From assembly GCA_008369845.1 (NCBI GenBank), contig MRSU01010922.1:1-33598 (forward strand): DNA of 33,598 nucleotides, read 5' to 3'. This stretch comes from Trichomonas gallinae (taxonomy: Eukaryota). The first letter of the stretch is position 1; the number at the start of each line of letters is the position of its first letter. Below, piece after piece: positions 1 to 9,492 of the stretch. Made by a program: the position numbers and the translations under genes. Below the pieces are notes generated by a model that had not been told where the DNA came from, ran no database searches, and was given only the letters and a program-made list of their open reading frames with translations.

Positions 1-24
1 GGGGAGAAAATATTTTTTTTTTGT

Positions 25-1239
25 ATGAGAAGTGAAAGTTCTGATAATTCATGCGATGAGAAAGAAATAGTTCAGCCCGCGCAAACGAGAATGTGGGATG
101 TTATGAGCTTCGTGGAATCAATGGGCGGGATTGGAACAGCAATGAAAGACAGATTTGTTGCCACACTTAATTCAGTTCATGATAAAATGCATATTTTCGG
201 CGGCCAAAAGGAACCAAAGGAAGGAAATCAGAATCCTCCATCATGGTACTTTACAAACGCCTTTTCTTATATGTCGAACGCATTTCATAACTTTAATATC
301 CGCAGATTTGTTTCTATTTTCAGTTCCATGACACCAGATTTCGCTCCAGACGAAGAAGTTTTCGGAAATGAAGTCGATATCGAAAATGCGTTTGGAGAAA
401 ATCGCGGAGGAACACTTTATTTAGGCAAATATTCCATCGAACAATGCACAAATTTAATACGGTCAGGCAAATTTAACGATGATTTCCAGAGAATGGGGTA
501 TCCTGATTGGTATGTCGAGTTTGACCTAAGCGATTGCTTTACCCATATAGCATACGTGTTTAGTCGGCACTTGGAGGGCAGGGATAAGTATATTGCTTTC
601 CTTGCGATTCAAGTGGGAGAATTTAGTTTAAAGGATACTCATAAAAAGGGGAAGGGAAAGGAAATCCTTAAGCAAGTACTTCCAAAATCATTAAATCTTT
701 TAAACATCAAATGGCTTTCACTACAAGATCCGTCGGCTCAATTTAGTACAAAACGTCCACGTCTTCCTGGACAACGCTACCCAGGAACTGGCGCTGGAAG
801 ACACGTATTTGAAATGTTTATCAATCTCTGTATAGAAAGTGAAAGAGATGGTATTGTTAATACTCCCGAGCACTTCCATAATGCATTCATTTATGAGGGA
901 TTTTTGTTCTTAGATGCCGATATTGAGGGTGTTTTCCGTGCAATAAAGCGAGATTTGGCATCAGATATTCAAACACGTGGATTGGCTGCCGTTTCATGGG
1001 CAATTTATTTAGGGTTTTTGCGTGAAAATAATGAGCCAGTTAAATGGAAAGCAGAAGAGCAAGCATTTCCATTATCAGATAAACTTAAACATTATTTCGA
1101 ATCATCAAGCTACGTCAACGCCGTTCAAGAGTCTGAAAATTCGCATGGAAAGTATCATATCGTTTGGGAAGAAGCAGAATCATATTGCCTCGCTGCAGTC
1201 GTAGAATTTTCTGAGGCAGAGAACTCCAGACCCGTTTAA
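25..1239 (+). CDS. Hypothetical protein resembling a bacterial domain found standalone or C-terminal to HDAC/AcuC-like deacetylases
   Basis: 404-aa ORF. Motifs IKWLSLQDP, RPRLPGQRYPGTG and DGIVNTPEHFHNA recall a bacterial family (WLxLQxP..RPxLPGQxxPGxG..DG...PxxFHNA). Start codon uncertain (several Met in the first 60 aa). Stop sits in TAAA. Confidence 0.7.
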   Translation: MRSESSDNSCDEKEIVQPAQTRMWDVMSFVESMGGIGTAMKDRFVATLNSVHDKMHIFGGQKEPKEGNQNPPSWYFTNAFSYMSNAFHNFNIRRFVSIFSSMTPDFAPDEEVFGNEVDIENAFGENRGGTLYLGKYSIEQCTNLIRSGKFNDDFQRMGYPDWYVEFDLSDCFTHIAYVFSRHLEGRDKYIAFLAIQVGEFSLKDTHKKGKGKEILKQVLPKSLNLLNIKWLSLQDPSAQFSTKRPRLPGQRYPGTGAGRHVFEMFINLCIESERDGIVNTPEHFHNAFIYEGFLFLDADIEGVFRAIKRDLASDIQTRGLAAVSWAIYLGFLRENNEPVKWKAEEQAFPLSDKLKHYFESSSYVNAVQESENSHGKYHIVWEEAESYCLAAVVEFSEAENSRPV

Positions 1240-1407
1240 ACATTGTTTGATTCATATTTCCATCCAGATTAAACTGAATTGAAATGCATTTTATTTAAAT
1301 TTTAATATTTTTTTTGAATATATAACTTGATTGAATCTAATCTATTATTATTATCTTGCTGTATATACAAAATATTCTATCATAAAATATGTGTTTATTA
1401 ATATCAT

Positions 1408-1690
1408 GAAAGGAATCACATTGATAGTAGTTAGTGATAAAATTTTAGTTATATAATCTGAATTTCTGACATTCTGCTATGAAACCTGAGTTAATGATAA
1501 AATTTAGTCTAAACAATTCAAAGAATCACATTGGTAGGAGTAAAAATAAAATAATTAATAATTTTAGTGATTTTACCTGAATTTCGGGCTTCCTGCTCTA
1601 AAGCATGAGTTTAGGATATCATTATGTCTTAATTATGAAAAGAATCATATTGGTGGAAGTCTTGATATTTTTGGTGAATTTCTGACTATC
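1408..1690. repeat. Degenerate tandem repeat, 3 copies of ~110-119 bp
   Basis: GAATCA(C/T)ATTG at 1413, 1523 and 1642; (C/G)TGAATTTC at 1458, 1577 and 1674; CTGCT..TGAGTT in copies 1 and 2. Confidence 0.75.
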
Positions 1691-1796
1691 GCCAAATAGT
1701 AGGTGATTATTTTGATGATTTATGATAATTTTTTTTAGTTTTATGATAGTCAAAATTTTTTTTAAACTATGACAAAAATTTTGCCACCAGATTAAT

Positions 1797-1802
1797 TCAT
1801 TT
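1797..1802 (+). promoter_or_regulatory. Initiator (Inr)-like TCATTT
   Basis: Matches the trichomonad Inr TCA(T/C)(T/A); begins 9 nt upstream of the E2 ATG at 1806. Confidence 0.55.
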
Positions 1803-1805
1803 CTT

Positions 1806-2237
1806 ATGAGCAACGTCAAGAGATTGACTGCTGAGTTCACCAACGCCAACAAGCAAGCACCAGGCGGCTGCAAGGTAGAATTGATCGAAGATGACCTGTC
1901 TCGCTGGAGAGTTTCAGTTCCTGGTCCAGCAGGTTCTCCATTTAATGGAAAAACTCTTTATCTTAACATGTTTTTCCCAAAGAATTATCCTTTCAAGGAG
2001 CCTGATGTGACATTCTCACCAACTATCTTCCATCCAAACGTTGACGAACAAACAGGCGCTTTTTGCGCATTTGGTGGCGAATACAAGTCAACAATGAAAA
2101 TGGTAGATGTTCTTAAAAATACCGTAGAAATTCTTAAGAATCCAAACCCGGAAAGTTTTGTTAATGACGATGCTGCGAAATTATTTTCAACCAAACGCGC
2201 TGAATATGAGAAGCGCGCTGCAAATTCGTGCAAATAA
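1806..2237 (+). CDS. Ubiquitin-conjugating enzyme E2 (UBC family)
   Basis: KRLxxE helix, GPAGSPFNG, FPKNYPFKEP, and IFHPNVDEQTGAFC with HPN and the catalytic Cys; 143 aa. Confidence 0.95.
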   Translation: MSNVKRLTAEFTNANKQAPGGCKVELIEDDLSRWRVSVPGPAGSPFNGKTLYLNMFFPKNYPFKEPDVTFSPTIFHPNVDEQTGAFCAFGGEYKSTMKMVDVLKNTVEILKNPNPESFVNDDAAKLFSTKRAEYEKRAANSCK

Positions 2238-2441
2238 ATTTAAATTCATAAATTGCTATTATAATAACTACATTTTTATGTTTACCATAACAAAACATTA
2301 GAATGACAACTTGTCTATATGATGATTCCTTAGTGTTTAGAATGACAATATGCCAAAGATCAGCGCCTCAAACACGTTTTAAGAGTCCAGTCTACAAATG
2401 TTTTGCGGTATTTACAACTTAGTTGCACAAAATCTATATTA

Positions 2442-2551
2442 TCCCCCCTTAATAAATATTACACACCCTACTATATTATATCCCCCTTCATAAACATTTC
2501 ACACCCTTTTGTAATATTAAATAAAATCCCCTTCATAAATATTTCACACCC
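2442..2551 (+). repeat. Three direct copies of a 25-27 bp C-rich element upstream of CLN3
   Basis: TCCCC(CC)TT(A/C)ATAAA(T/C)ATT(A/T)CACACCC at 2442-2468, 2481-2506 and 2527-2551, separated by 12- and 20-nt AT-rich spacers. Confidence 0.9.
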
Positions 2552-2573
2552 TCGGATTTTGGAAATTTATAGA

Positions 2574-3719
2574 ATGGAAGATGACCGGCCATCAACTGTT
2601 TTAGAGAAACTTTCGATGGCTTTCATTGGAATGACGAACAACTTATTCTTCTTTATAGTCATGTCCAGTGCTCAGAGAATCATCAAACACTATAATGCAA
2701 ATGGATTTCTTCCAGCAACTGATACAGCAATCACAGTAAGTGGTTTATTCGCAGGTTCTATCAATACAGCGTTCTCTCAGTGGAGTATTTCCTACGATTT
2801 ACGTTTCATAATTAATGCATGTTTAATGGGAATCGGAGTTCTTGGCTGCGCTTATGCACCAAAGTTCTGGATGTGCCTTGTTTCTATCGTTTTTCTTGGA
2901 TCTTCATGCAATTTCGGTGAATCTGTTACACTTGGATACATGGCATACATAAAGAAGTCTTCTATGATGAAATTCTGGGGCATAGGTACGGGTATAGCTG
3001 GAATATCAGGTGCCCTTTATACTATCGTAGTTATATCTTTTGATTTTAATTATGTTTATTCATTTTTATGTCTTCTTCCATTGCTTGTATTATATTTACT
3101 ATGCTACTTCCTAATACTCAGAGAAAAACCATCAGATATTGATCCTCGCCCATTAATTTCAGAAATTCCAAACGAAGAACCAGAAAAACAAGAAAATGTT
3201 AAGTGCTGGTCAGCTTCTTTCTTGAAAAAGATAATTTACTACGTTATTACATGTGATTTAACGTATTTTGCTCAAGATGTTATTGCTTCAGCATTTTTAG
3301 ATTGCGCGCAAACACAAGAATTCCAAAAGAATCACAAATACTTTTATCCTCTGTTGACACTTGTTGAACATATCGGTGTTTTAATCTTCTGCTCATCTCT
3401 TTCATTTTTCGAATTTCCACATTTACGATTTATTACACTATTTCAGATTGGAAACTTCTTCATTTGGATGCTGCAAGCTATGTATCATTGGATGCCGATC
3501 TGGTCAGAGTTTGTTCTCATTTTCATTGTTGGCTCTGTTGCTGGCTTAGGATATGCAAACACTTACCACATGATTCTTAAAGACAAGAACTTATCACCTA
3601 AAGAGAAAGAAATAGGAACGAATGTTACTGCTCTAACAGCAACAATTGCAGTTTTAATTGATACCGGATTTGGAATTCTTGCAGAAAAGACTTTCTTAAA
3701 GCCATTTGTACCTGTATGA
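2574..3719 (+). CDS. CLN3/battenin family MFS-like membrane protein
   Basis: Multi-TM protein with NNLFFFIVMSSAQ, CNFGESVTLGY, WGIGTGIAGISGA and GGL/GLGYANTY-type motifs typical of CLN3/Btn1. First ATG is at 2574; the ORF-track extension from 2403 reads through the promoter repeats. Confidence 0.88.
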   Translation: MEDDRPSTVLEKLSMAFIGMTNNLFFFIVMSSAQRIIKHYNANGFLPATDTAITVSGLFAGSINTAFSQWSISYDLRFIINACLMGIGVLGCAYAPKFWMCLVSIVFLGSSCNFGESVTLGYMAYIKKSSMMKFWGIGTGIAGISGALYTIVVISFDFNYVYSFLCLLPLLVLYLLCYFLILREKPSDIDPRPLISEIPNEEPEKQENVKCWSASFLKKIIYYVITCDLTYFAQDVIASAFLDCAQTQEFQKNHKYFYPLLTLVEHIGVLIFCSSLSFFEFPHLRFITLFQIGNFFIWMLQAMYHWMPIWSEFVLIFIVGSVAGLGYANTYHMILKDKNLSPKEKEIGTNVTALTATIAVLIDTGFGILAEKTFLKPFVPV

Positions 3720-3886
3720 TATTATATTCTTATAAATAGTTCTATTGTTAGTTATAAAAATTATAAATTTAATATTCTTAATTTTTTTCAAACATCAACG
3801 AGAAAATAAAATAATTTCTTATTTCAAAACCAAAATACCTAGATAAGTAGTCCAACAATAGCTTATTTTTAATAAAAGATATATTT

Positions 3887-4100
3887 AAAATCAACAAAAA
3901 GATACATTATGTATAAATTTACTTTATACACAACGATGATATTATAAATATGATATTAAAAGTCAACAAAATCAAATATAAAAAATTCAAAATAAAAAGT
4001 CGACAAAACGATCCATTTTGCATAAATTTATTTTATAAACAAAAATTATATTATAAATATGATATTAAAAATCAGCAAATACAAAAATTAAAAAATTGAA
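3887..4100. repeat. Degenerate tandem duplication, period ~109 bp
   Basis: Exact 23-mer ATATTATAAATATGATATTAAAA at 3939 and 4048. Flanks align: gatacattatgtataaatttactttata vs gatccattttgcataaatttattttata. Confidence 0.75.
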
Positions 4101-4217
4101 ATTAAAAAAAATCAAAGATTGAAACATAATTTTCGAGACAAAAATGTTTATTTCTTTGAGAAATGGTCAAAAACAGTAAAATTTTGGACAAGATTTTCAT
4201 TGAGACACAAAAATTTG

Positions 4218-4225
4218 AGCGGTTT
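4218..4225 (+). promoter_or_regulatory. M3-like (Myb-type) core promoter element AGCGGTTT
   Basis: Fits the T. vaginalis motif 3 consensus DRCSGYTD as I recall it; ends 15 nt before the probable RRP5 ATG at 4241. Confidence 0.5.
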
Positions 4226-4240
4226 TTGTTCAGGTCAAAA

Positions 4241-7200
4241 ATGGAAGCGGAAGCCTTACCTAGAGGAAAGGCCGCGCAACCAGCAGACAACAAAATAAAG
4301 AAGGAAAAACTGTTCGGAACGAAATCCAAAACAGGAAAATCGAAAAAACAGAAGAAATCAACAGGAAAAATTCCATCTTTGCCAAAAGCTCAAGATTTTT
4401 GCCAAGGATGCATCACATTAGCTTCTATATTGTCATTCCAAGATGATATGGTATTCCTTGAGCTCCCAGGCAATGCCCGCGGAACACTTCAATTAACAGA
4501 AATCAACGATCCTTATCTTCAACGATTGCAAAATGCTATCAAGAACGAACTTGATCTCCCTGAGTTAGAAAACTTCTTCAACATCGGTGATTTTATTATG
4601 GCTACTGTGATTTCAAACGGTACACACCCTGTTGAACTCTCAATTCGTCCAAATCTCGTTAATACAATGATAGAGCCAGTAGAAGGCGCAATTTTATGGG
4701 GTGCTGTAAAATCTCGCGAAGATCGCGGCTATATTATCGATCTTGGCAAGGAAAATATCACTGGTTTCCTTCCATTCCCAGCACAGCTTGAAGTTGGACA
4801 ACCACTTTTCGTTACTCTCGTTAAGAAGACGGCTGAAACTATCTTCAAATGCGAGATTTTGAAGAAAGACTTCTTCCCATCCATCCAATGCGAAAAACCA
4901 TTCTTCGACACACTTCGTCCAATCGATATTTTAGAAGGTATCGTTACAAGCAATATTTCAAATGGCGCACTCGCGATTAATGCTAAATCATTCAACGGTT
5001 TTTGCTCTAAGTACTCATGGCCAGCTGGATTAAACGTTGGACAGACAGTACAAGTTCGTCCAGTTTTAATTGATCCAGCACAAAAGGCAATTTGGTTCTC
5101 AGCTATTCCACGCGTTGTTAATGGCGAGCGCCCACTTTGCCTCGATGCTAAAATCGGATCAAAAGTCACAGCAAAAGTTTCTAGAATTAGATATAACGTT
5201 GGTATCGAGTTTACAATGCCAGAAGATGAAAATCAGAGAATCTTCATTAGCGAGAAAGAGACTAAGGGCCAGGCACTCATGGCAGGCGAAGATCACGATG
5301 TTAGAATCACAGAAAGACGACCAATTGATGATTTACTTCTCGCAGCTGATGACCCTGATATCATCAACCTCGCTGTCTTCTCAGCAGACGATGTTAAGCC
5401 AGGACAAGTACTTGATGCGACAATTTCCGCCATCAACGAGAAGATTGGCGTTTTCGTTAAGCTTTCTCCATTCCTCGACGCTCTCTGCCCATTACACTAC
5501 TGCGACATGGAGCCAGAGCCAAAGAAAGGCGATGCCAAGAAATGCATTGTTCTTTCTGTTATAGAAGGCCACGTCCGCGTCTGCATGAAAGAAAAGTTCG
5601 TTAACAGCGAGCTCCCACGCGTCACAGACATAGAATCAGCCTTGAAGATCTGCAACGACAAAGAATGGACTCACGCAATGGTGAGAAGAAGCGGCCGCAA
5701 CGCTTTGATTGTCGAATTCATCAACGGCCACGTCGGCATGATCAGATCATCTTCCCTTCCTGTCTCCCAAGGCCAGGACATCTCAAAGAACTACCCACCG
5801 GGCTACGTGATCAAGACAACAATCACATCAGTCGACGGCAACAAAATCAACTGCGCGGTATCAACAGACGAGACACAGGTCCTCACTTTAGGACAGACAG
5901 TCACTGTTACTGTTGATCATTTCGGTGATGACGCAGTCTTTGTCCGCGTCCCAGCTAAATACGGCGAAATCAACTCAGCAATTCAGTCAACACACTTCTC
6001 TGACTATGAGCCGCTTTCCAAGCTCATCTTCAAGAGCCTCAACAAGGACGACAAGATCAGACACGCGTGCTTGATCAGATATCCAGGCACAAACGCTCCA
6101 GCCTACTTCACGATGAAGAGGTGCATCAGGGAGCACGTCGACCGCACGCCAACAGATAACAAATCCATCAAGGCCGGCGAACACTACTTCGGCTTCGTCT
6201 CTGGCCCGCAGCCATATGGTACATTCGTGTCTTTCTTCGGACGCGCCTGCGGCTTAGTTCACTCCAGGCAGCTCCCGCTCGGCGACTCAGTCAACGCTTA
6301 TGTCGATCAGGTCACAGAGGACGGAAAGGTCAGGCTTACAACACCAGCAGCTGACGGAGAGAGCCTCACTTTCCTCGATTCATTCCTCAAGGATGCTAAG
6401 AAGTTCAACGATACATACAAGATCGACGACGAGATAGAGTTGGCGACAGAGGGCACGAAGCAGCAAGAGTACTACTCATATCGCCTGGATGACGAGTGGA
6501 TTGCTTTGACAACAGAAAAGTACAGTGCAGGCAAGAAGCTTAAGGTCGCTTATGTTGATGTTCTCACAAACATTGTCTTCCTTGTTGAGCCATTTGCTAA
6601 GCCAGAGGCAATCGAAGCATCAGTGCCAATCAACGCGAAGGTTATTGGCGTCTTCGAGCCAGTTTTCATTTGCGTCGCGAAGAACAGATTCATCCTCTGC
6701 CCACTCATCAACTACAACAACAAGAGCGACAAGACAAATATCGTCAAAGTCGGCGCAACAATCGAAGTCAACGTTGCTGAGTCAAGAGAAAAGAAGGACA
6801 AGGAATTCGAAGTTCTCAGAGGCTTCCCCACATACTTGAACAAGTCGGAAGTCTCAGAAGACGTCGTCGCAACAATCACAACAGTCGGCGACATTTCTTG
6901 CAACGCAAAACTCGCTGACGGCAGAACAGTCAGAATCCACAGATCTCAGCTCCCAGAAGCTCCACAGCAAGGCATGGAAGTCAAAGGCTCATTAATCAGC
7001 GGCGACAACGCAACATTCTTAGTCACAAATCCAGATGCTCCGCAGAAGATAGAAGACTTCAAGGTCGGCATGGAAGTCGTCGGTGTCATTTCCAAGATTT
7101 CTAATGAGATGCTCAGACTTTCAATGTCACCATTCGTCCTCGGCACAGTCAACGCTCTCCACATATCATCGTCCAACAGGAAGCTCGTCGACAGACCTCT

Positions 7201-9037
7201 CGCTGAGACATATGGAGTCGGCGACTTATTCAAGGGCTGGATTTCAGCTGTCAACGAGAAGACAGTCGCTGTCACTGGCGTCGATCCAACAGTCACAACG
7301 AACGTCCAGTTCGCCAAGGTTGTCAACGTCAAGGCCGGCGATCACGCTTTAGTCAAACTCGGCAGCGGCAAAGTCAAGAAGCTCGATGTCACCGATGTTG
7401 TCGATGAGTTCACATTCAACCCACTTTCAAGATTGAAGAAGGGCAAAGTTATTGATGTTGTCGACATCAACGACGAGCACGTCTCTATGAAGTTGTCAGA
7501 CATCACAGGCACACCAACAACTGTAGAGCTCAAGGAGGGCGCAGTCATTAACGGCTACGTCTGCCACTCAATTAAGGGAGCTTTGTTGGTCAGACTCACA
7601 AGAGATGCTACAGGCAGACTTCCATTCGGCAGCATCGCGGACTGCTACATCCCAGACGCTCCAGCTCTTTATCCACTTGGCTCAGTCGTTTTGGTCAAGA
7701 TTATGAAGATGGCTGAGAAGGAAATCACTCTGTCATCGAAGCGCTCTGATATCACAGGAGTCGCTCTTACAATCAACGATTTGAAGGTTGGCGATGTAGT
7801 CCCAGGCTTCATCACATCGGCAAACAAGAACGGTGTCTATGTCCGCTTGAACGACTACAGCAACCAGTCCGGCCTCGTCCACCACTCAGTTCTCAACGGA
7901 AAGGATCCAATGTCACTCACGAAGCTCGTCAACACACGCGTCGATGTCGAAGTCACAGCAGTCGACCTCGAGAAGCAGAGGATCAACCTCAAGTTCACAG
8001 AGATCCACACAGCAGCTCCTGAAGAGGAGGCTCAGGCACAGTCAGAGAGCAGCGAGAACGAGGCAGAGCCAGAGGAATTCGAAGTCGAGATCGATGACTG
8101 GTCTGAAGGCGAAGAGAAGGTCGACGAAGAGAAGCAGGAGCAGGAAATGAGGAAGAAGCAGACAGAAGAAGATATCGCACGTCTTGAAGCCAAGCAGATC
8201 GATCCAAGCGCTCCAAAGAGCGACAAGGAATTCGCATCCGCTTTGCTCGCCAACCCACACTCATCCAAGCTCTGGATCGCATACATGGAATTCAAGTTCG
8301 CTGAAGGCAACACACAGAAGGCCATCGAGATCGCTGAGGAAGGCCTCAGCAAGCTCCCAATCGGCGAGAAAGTCGAGAAGTCCAACATCTTCCAGGCACT
8401 TATTACTCTCAAGGTTTTGGCCGCAGAGTCGAAGCACTTCATGGAGGATTGCATCAAGACAGTCGAGCTTGCAGCACAGACGATCGACGAGCGCACAATG
8501 TGGCTGAGATTCGCTTCTCAGGTCCAGCAGAGTCGCAAGGAGTTTGCCGAAGAGGCATGGAAGGTCGCCCTCAAGAAGGTTAAGCAGGATGTTGTTATGT
8601 GGTCTGAGTACCTCTCTGCCCTTCTCGGCGAGAACCGTGTCGACTTCGCCAAGGATGAACTCAAGAGATGCCTCGGCGGCACATTCAGCGGCCTCCAGAA
8701 GGACAGCGTAGAGGTCAGAAAGAACTTCGGTGTTGCTCAGTACGAGCATGGATTCACAGAGCACGGCAGAACACTCTTCGAGAACTTGATAGACGAGTTC
8801 CCGAAGAAGTTCCAGCTCTGGAATGCTTATGTCGATGCTGAGGCCAAGTTCGGTGAGGTCGAAAAAGCTCGCGCCATTTTCCGCAGAATGGCCAACTTAG
8901 ACTTGAAGTTAGAGAGAATGAAGTCCACACTCAAGAAGTGGAAGGCATTCGAAGAAAAGAATGGCAGCAGCCCAGCCATCAAGAAGGAAATCAACAGAAT
9001 TGCTGCGGAGTTCCAAAAGCGTGTCATTCAAAATTAA
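4241..9037 (+). CDS. RRP5: rRNA biogenesis protein RRP5 (multiple S1 domains plus C-terminal HAT/TPR repeats)
   Basis: N-terminal LPRG, many S1-like repeats (VKSREDRGYIIDLG, GTFVSFFG, GVYVRL), an acidic linker, then ANPHSSKLWIAYMEF and HGRTLFENLIDEFPKKFQLWNAYVD HAT repeats. ATG 4241 preferred over 4163 on composition and the upstream M3-like site. Confidence 0.93.
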   Translation: MEAEALPRGKAAQPADNKIKKEKLFGTKSKTGKSKKQKKSTGKIPSLPKAQDFCQGCITLASILSFQDDMVFLELPGNARGTLQLTEINDPYLQRLQNAIKNELDLPELENFFNIGDFIMATVISNGTHPVELSIRPNLVNTMIEPVEGAILWGAVKSREDRGYIIDLGKENITGFLPFPAQLEVGQPLFVTLVKKTAETIFKCEILKKDFFPSIQCEKPFFDTLRPIDILEGIVTSNISNGALAINAKSFNGFCSKYSWPAGLNVGQTVQVRPVLIDPAQKAIWFSAIPRVVNGERPLCLDAKIGSKVTAKVSRIRYNVGIEFTMPEDENQRIFISEKETKGQALMAGEDHDVRITERRPIDDLLLAADDPDIINLAVFSADDVKPGQVLDATISAINEKIGVFVKLSPFLDALCPLHYCDMEPEPKKGDAKKCIVLSVIEGHVRVCMKEKFVNSELPRVTDIESALKICNDKEWTHAMVRRSGRNALIVEFINGHVGMIRSSSLPVSQGQDISKNYPPGYVIKTTITSVDGNKINCAVSTDETQVLTLGQTVTVTVDHFGDDAVFVRVPAKYGEINSAIQSTHFSDYEPLSKLIFKSLNKDDKIRHACLIRYPGTNAPAYFTMKRCIREHVDRTPTDNKSIKAGEHYFGFVSGPQPYGTFVSFFGRACGLVHSRQLPLGDSVNAYVDQVTEDGKVRLTTPAADGESLTFLDSFLKDAKKFNDTYKIDDEIELATEGTKQQEYYSYRLDDEWIALTTEKYSAGKKLKVAYVDVLTNIVFLVEPFAKPEAIEASVPINAKVIGVFEPVFICVAKNRFILCPLINYNNKSDKTNIVKVGATIEVNVAESREKKDKEFEVLRGFPTYLNKSEVSEDVVATITTVGDISCNAKLADGRTVRIHRSQLPEAPQQGMEVKGSLISGDNATFLVTNPDAPQKIEDFKVGMEVVGVISKISNEMLRLSMSPFVLGTVNALHISSSNRKLVDRPLAETYGVGDLFKGWISAVNEKTVAVTGVDPTVTTNVQFAKVVNVKAGDHALVKLGSGKVKKLDVTDVVDEFTFNPLSRLKKGKVIDVVDINDEHVSMKLSDITGTPTTVELKEGAVINGYVCHSIKGALLVRLTRDATGRLPFGSIADCYIPDAPALYPLGSVVLVKIMKMAEKEITLSSKRSDITGVALTINDLKVGDVVPGFITSANKNGVYVRLNDYSNQSGLVHHSVLNGKDPMSLTKLVNTRVDVEVTAVDLEKQRINLKFTEIHTAAPEEEAQAQSESSENEAEPEEFEVEIDDWSEGEEKVDEEKQEQEMRKKQTEEDIARLEAKQIDPSAPKSDKEFASALLANPHSSKLWIAYMEFKFAEGNTQKAIEIAEEGLSKLPIGEKVEKSNIFQALITLKVLAAESKHFMEDCIKTVELAAQTIDERTMWLRFASQVQQSRKEFAEEAWKVALKKVKQDVVMWSEYLSALLGENRVDFAKDELKRCLGGTFSGLQKDSVEVRKNFGVAQYEHGFTEHGRTLFENLIDEFPKKFQLWNAYVDAEAKFGEVEKARAIFRRMANLDLKLERMKSTLKKWKAFEEKNGSSPAIKKEINRIAAEFQKRVIQN

Positions 9038-9482
9038 AGATAGAATTTATACATTTTTTGAAAACAAACCATTTTTTTTTATCTAATTACAACCAATCTT
9101 TTCGATTTTGATTCAAATTTCAAAATTCAATATTAATGAATTGTGAATTTCAACTATTTGGATTTGATACATTTTCAAGTGCTACTCATTGTTGTCTAGA
9201 TGTTGGATAATGAAAAAATTTTTCGAATTTAATTTTTCTTGTTTTTATCCATTTTGCATATCAGAATACATATATGATTGACACAAATTATAGTTACAGA
9301 TGCAGAAATGTTGTGAATTGACAATTATTTGATCAATTTCAAGAATTAGACAAAATAGAGCCATATTTTAGATATAATTCATAATATAAAAGTATATAAT
9401 ATTTATAATAGATAAAGTGCAAAATATGAAGAATTGAAGGAAATATGAATATTAACCTTAAACATTTGAAAACGTTTTTCAA

Positions 9483-9490
9483 AAAGTGAC
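9483..9490 (+). promoter_or_regulatory. AAAGTGAC promoter motif (M2-like)
   Basis: Exact AAAGTGAC just upstream of the 14-3-3 ATG. Also present at 10787-10794 (LSm gene) and, reversed, at 22655-22662 (RRM gene). Confidence 0.5.
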
Positions 9491-9492
9491 AA

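Noticed and set aside
1237..1240. Stop codons embedded in TAAA in many genes
   Set aside because: Known trichomonad polyadenylation-signal arrangement; useful for taxonomy but not novel.
2298..2400. Possible C/D snoRNA (ATGATGA at 2319) and duplicated TTAGAATGACAA (2298, 2337)
   Set aside because: No CTGA box D at a suitable distance and no terminal stem.
2442..2551. CRISPR-like repeat-spacer appearance
   Set aside because: Only three units, spacers of 12 and 20 nt, eukaryotic context and no cas genes.
2403..2573. N-terminal extension of CLN3 in the ORF track
   Set aside because: Starts at TTG and merely translates the promoter repeats (PFINISHP twice).
4694..9027. Many overlapping and antisense ORFs inside RRP5 (also inside the SAC9-like, CHD-like and Serinc genes)
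   Set aside because: Shadow ORFs expected from biased codon usage; no recognisable domains.
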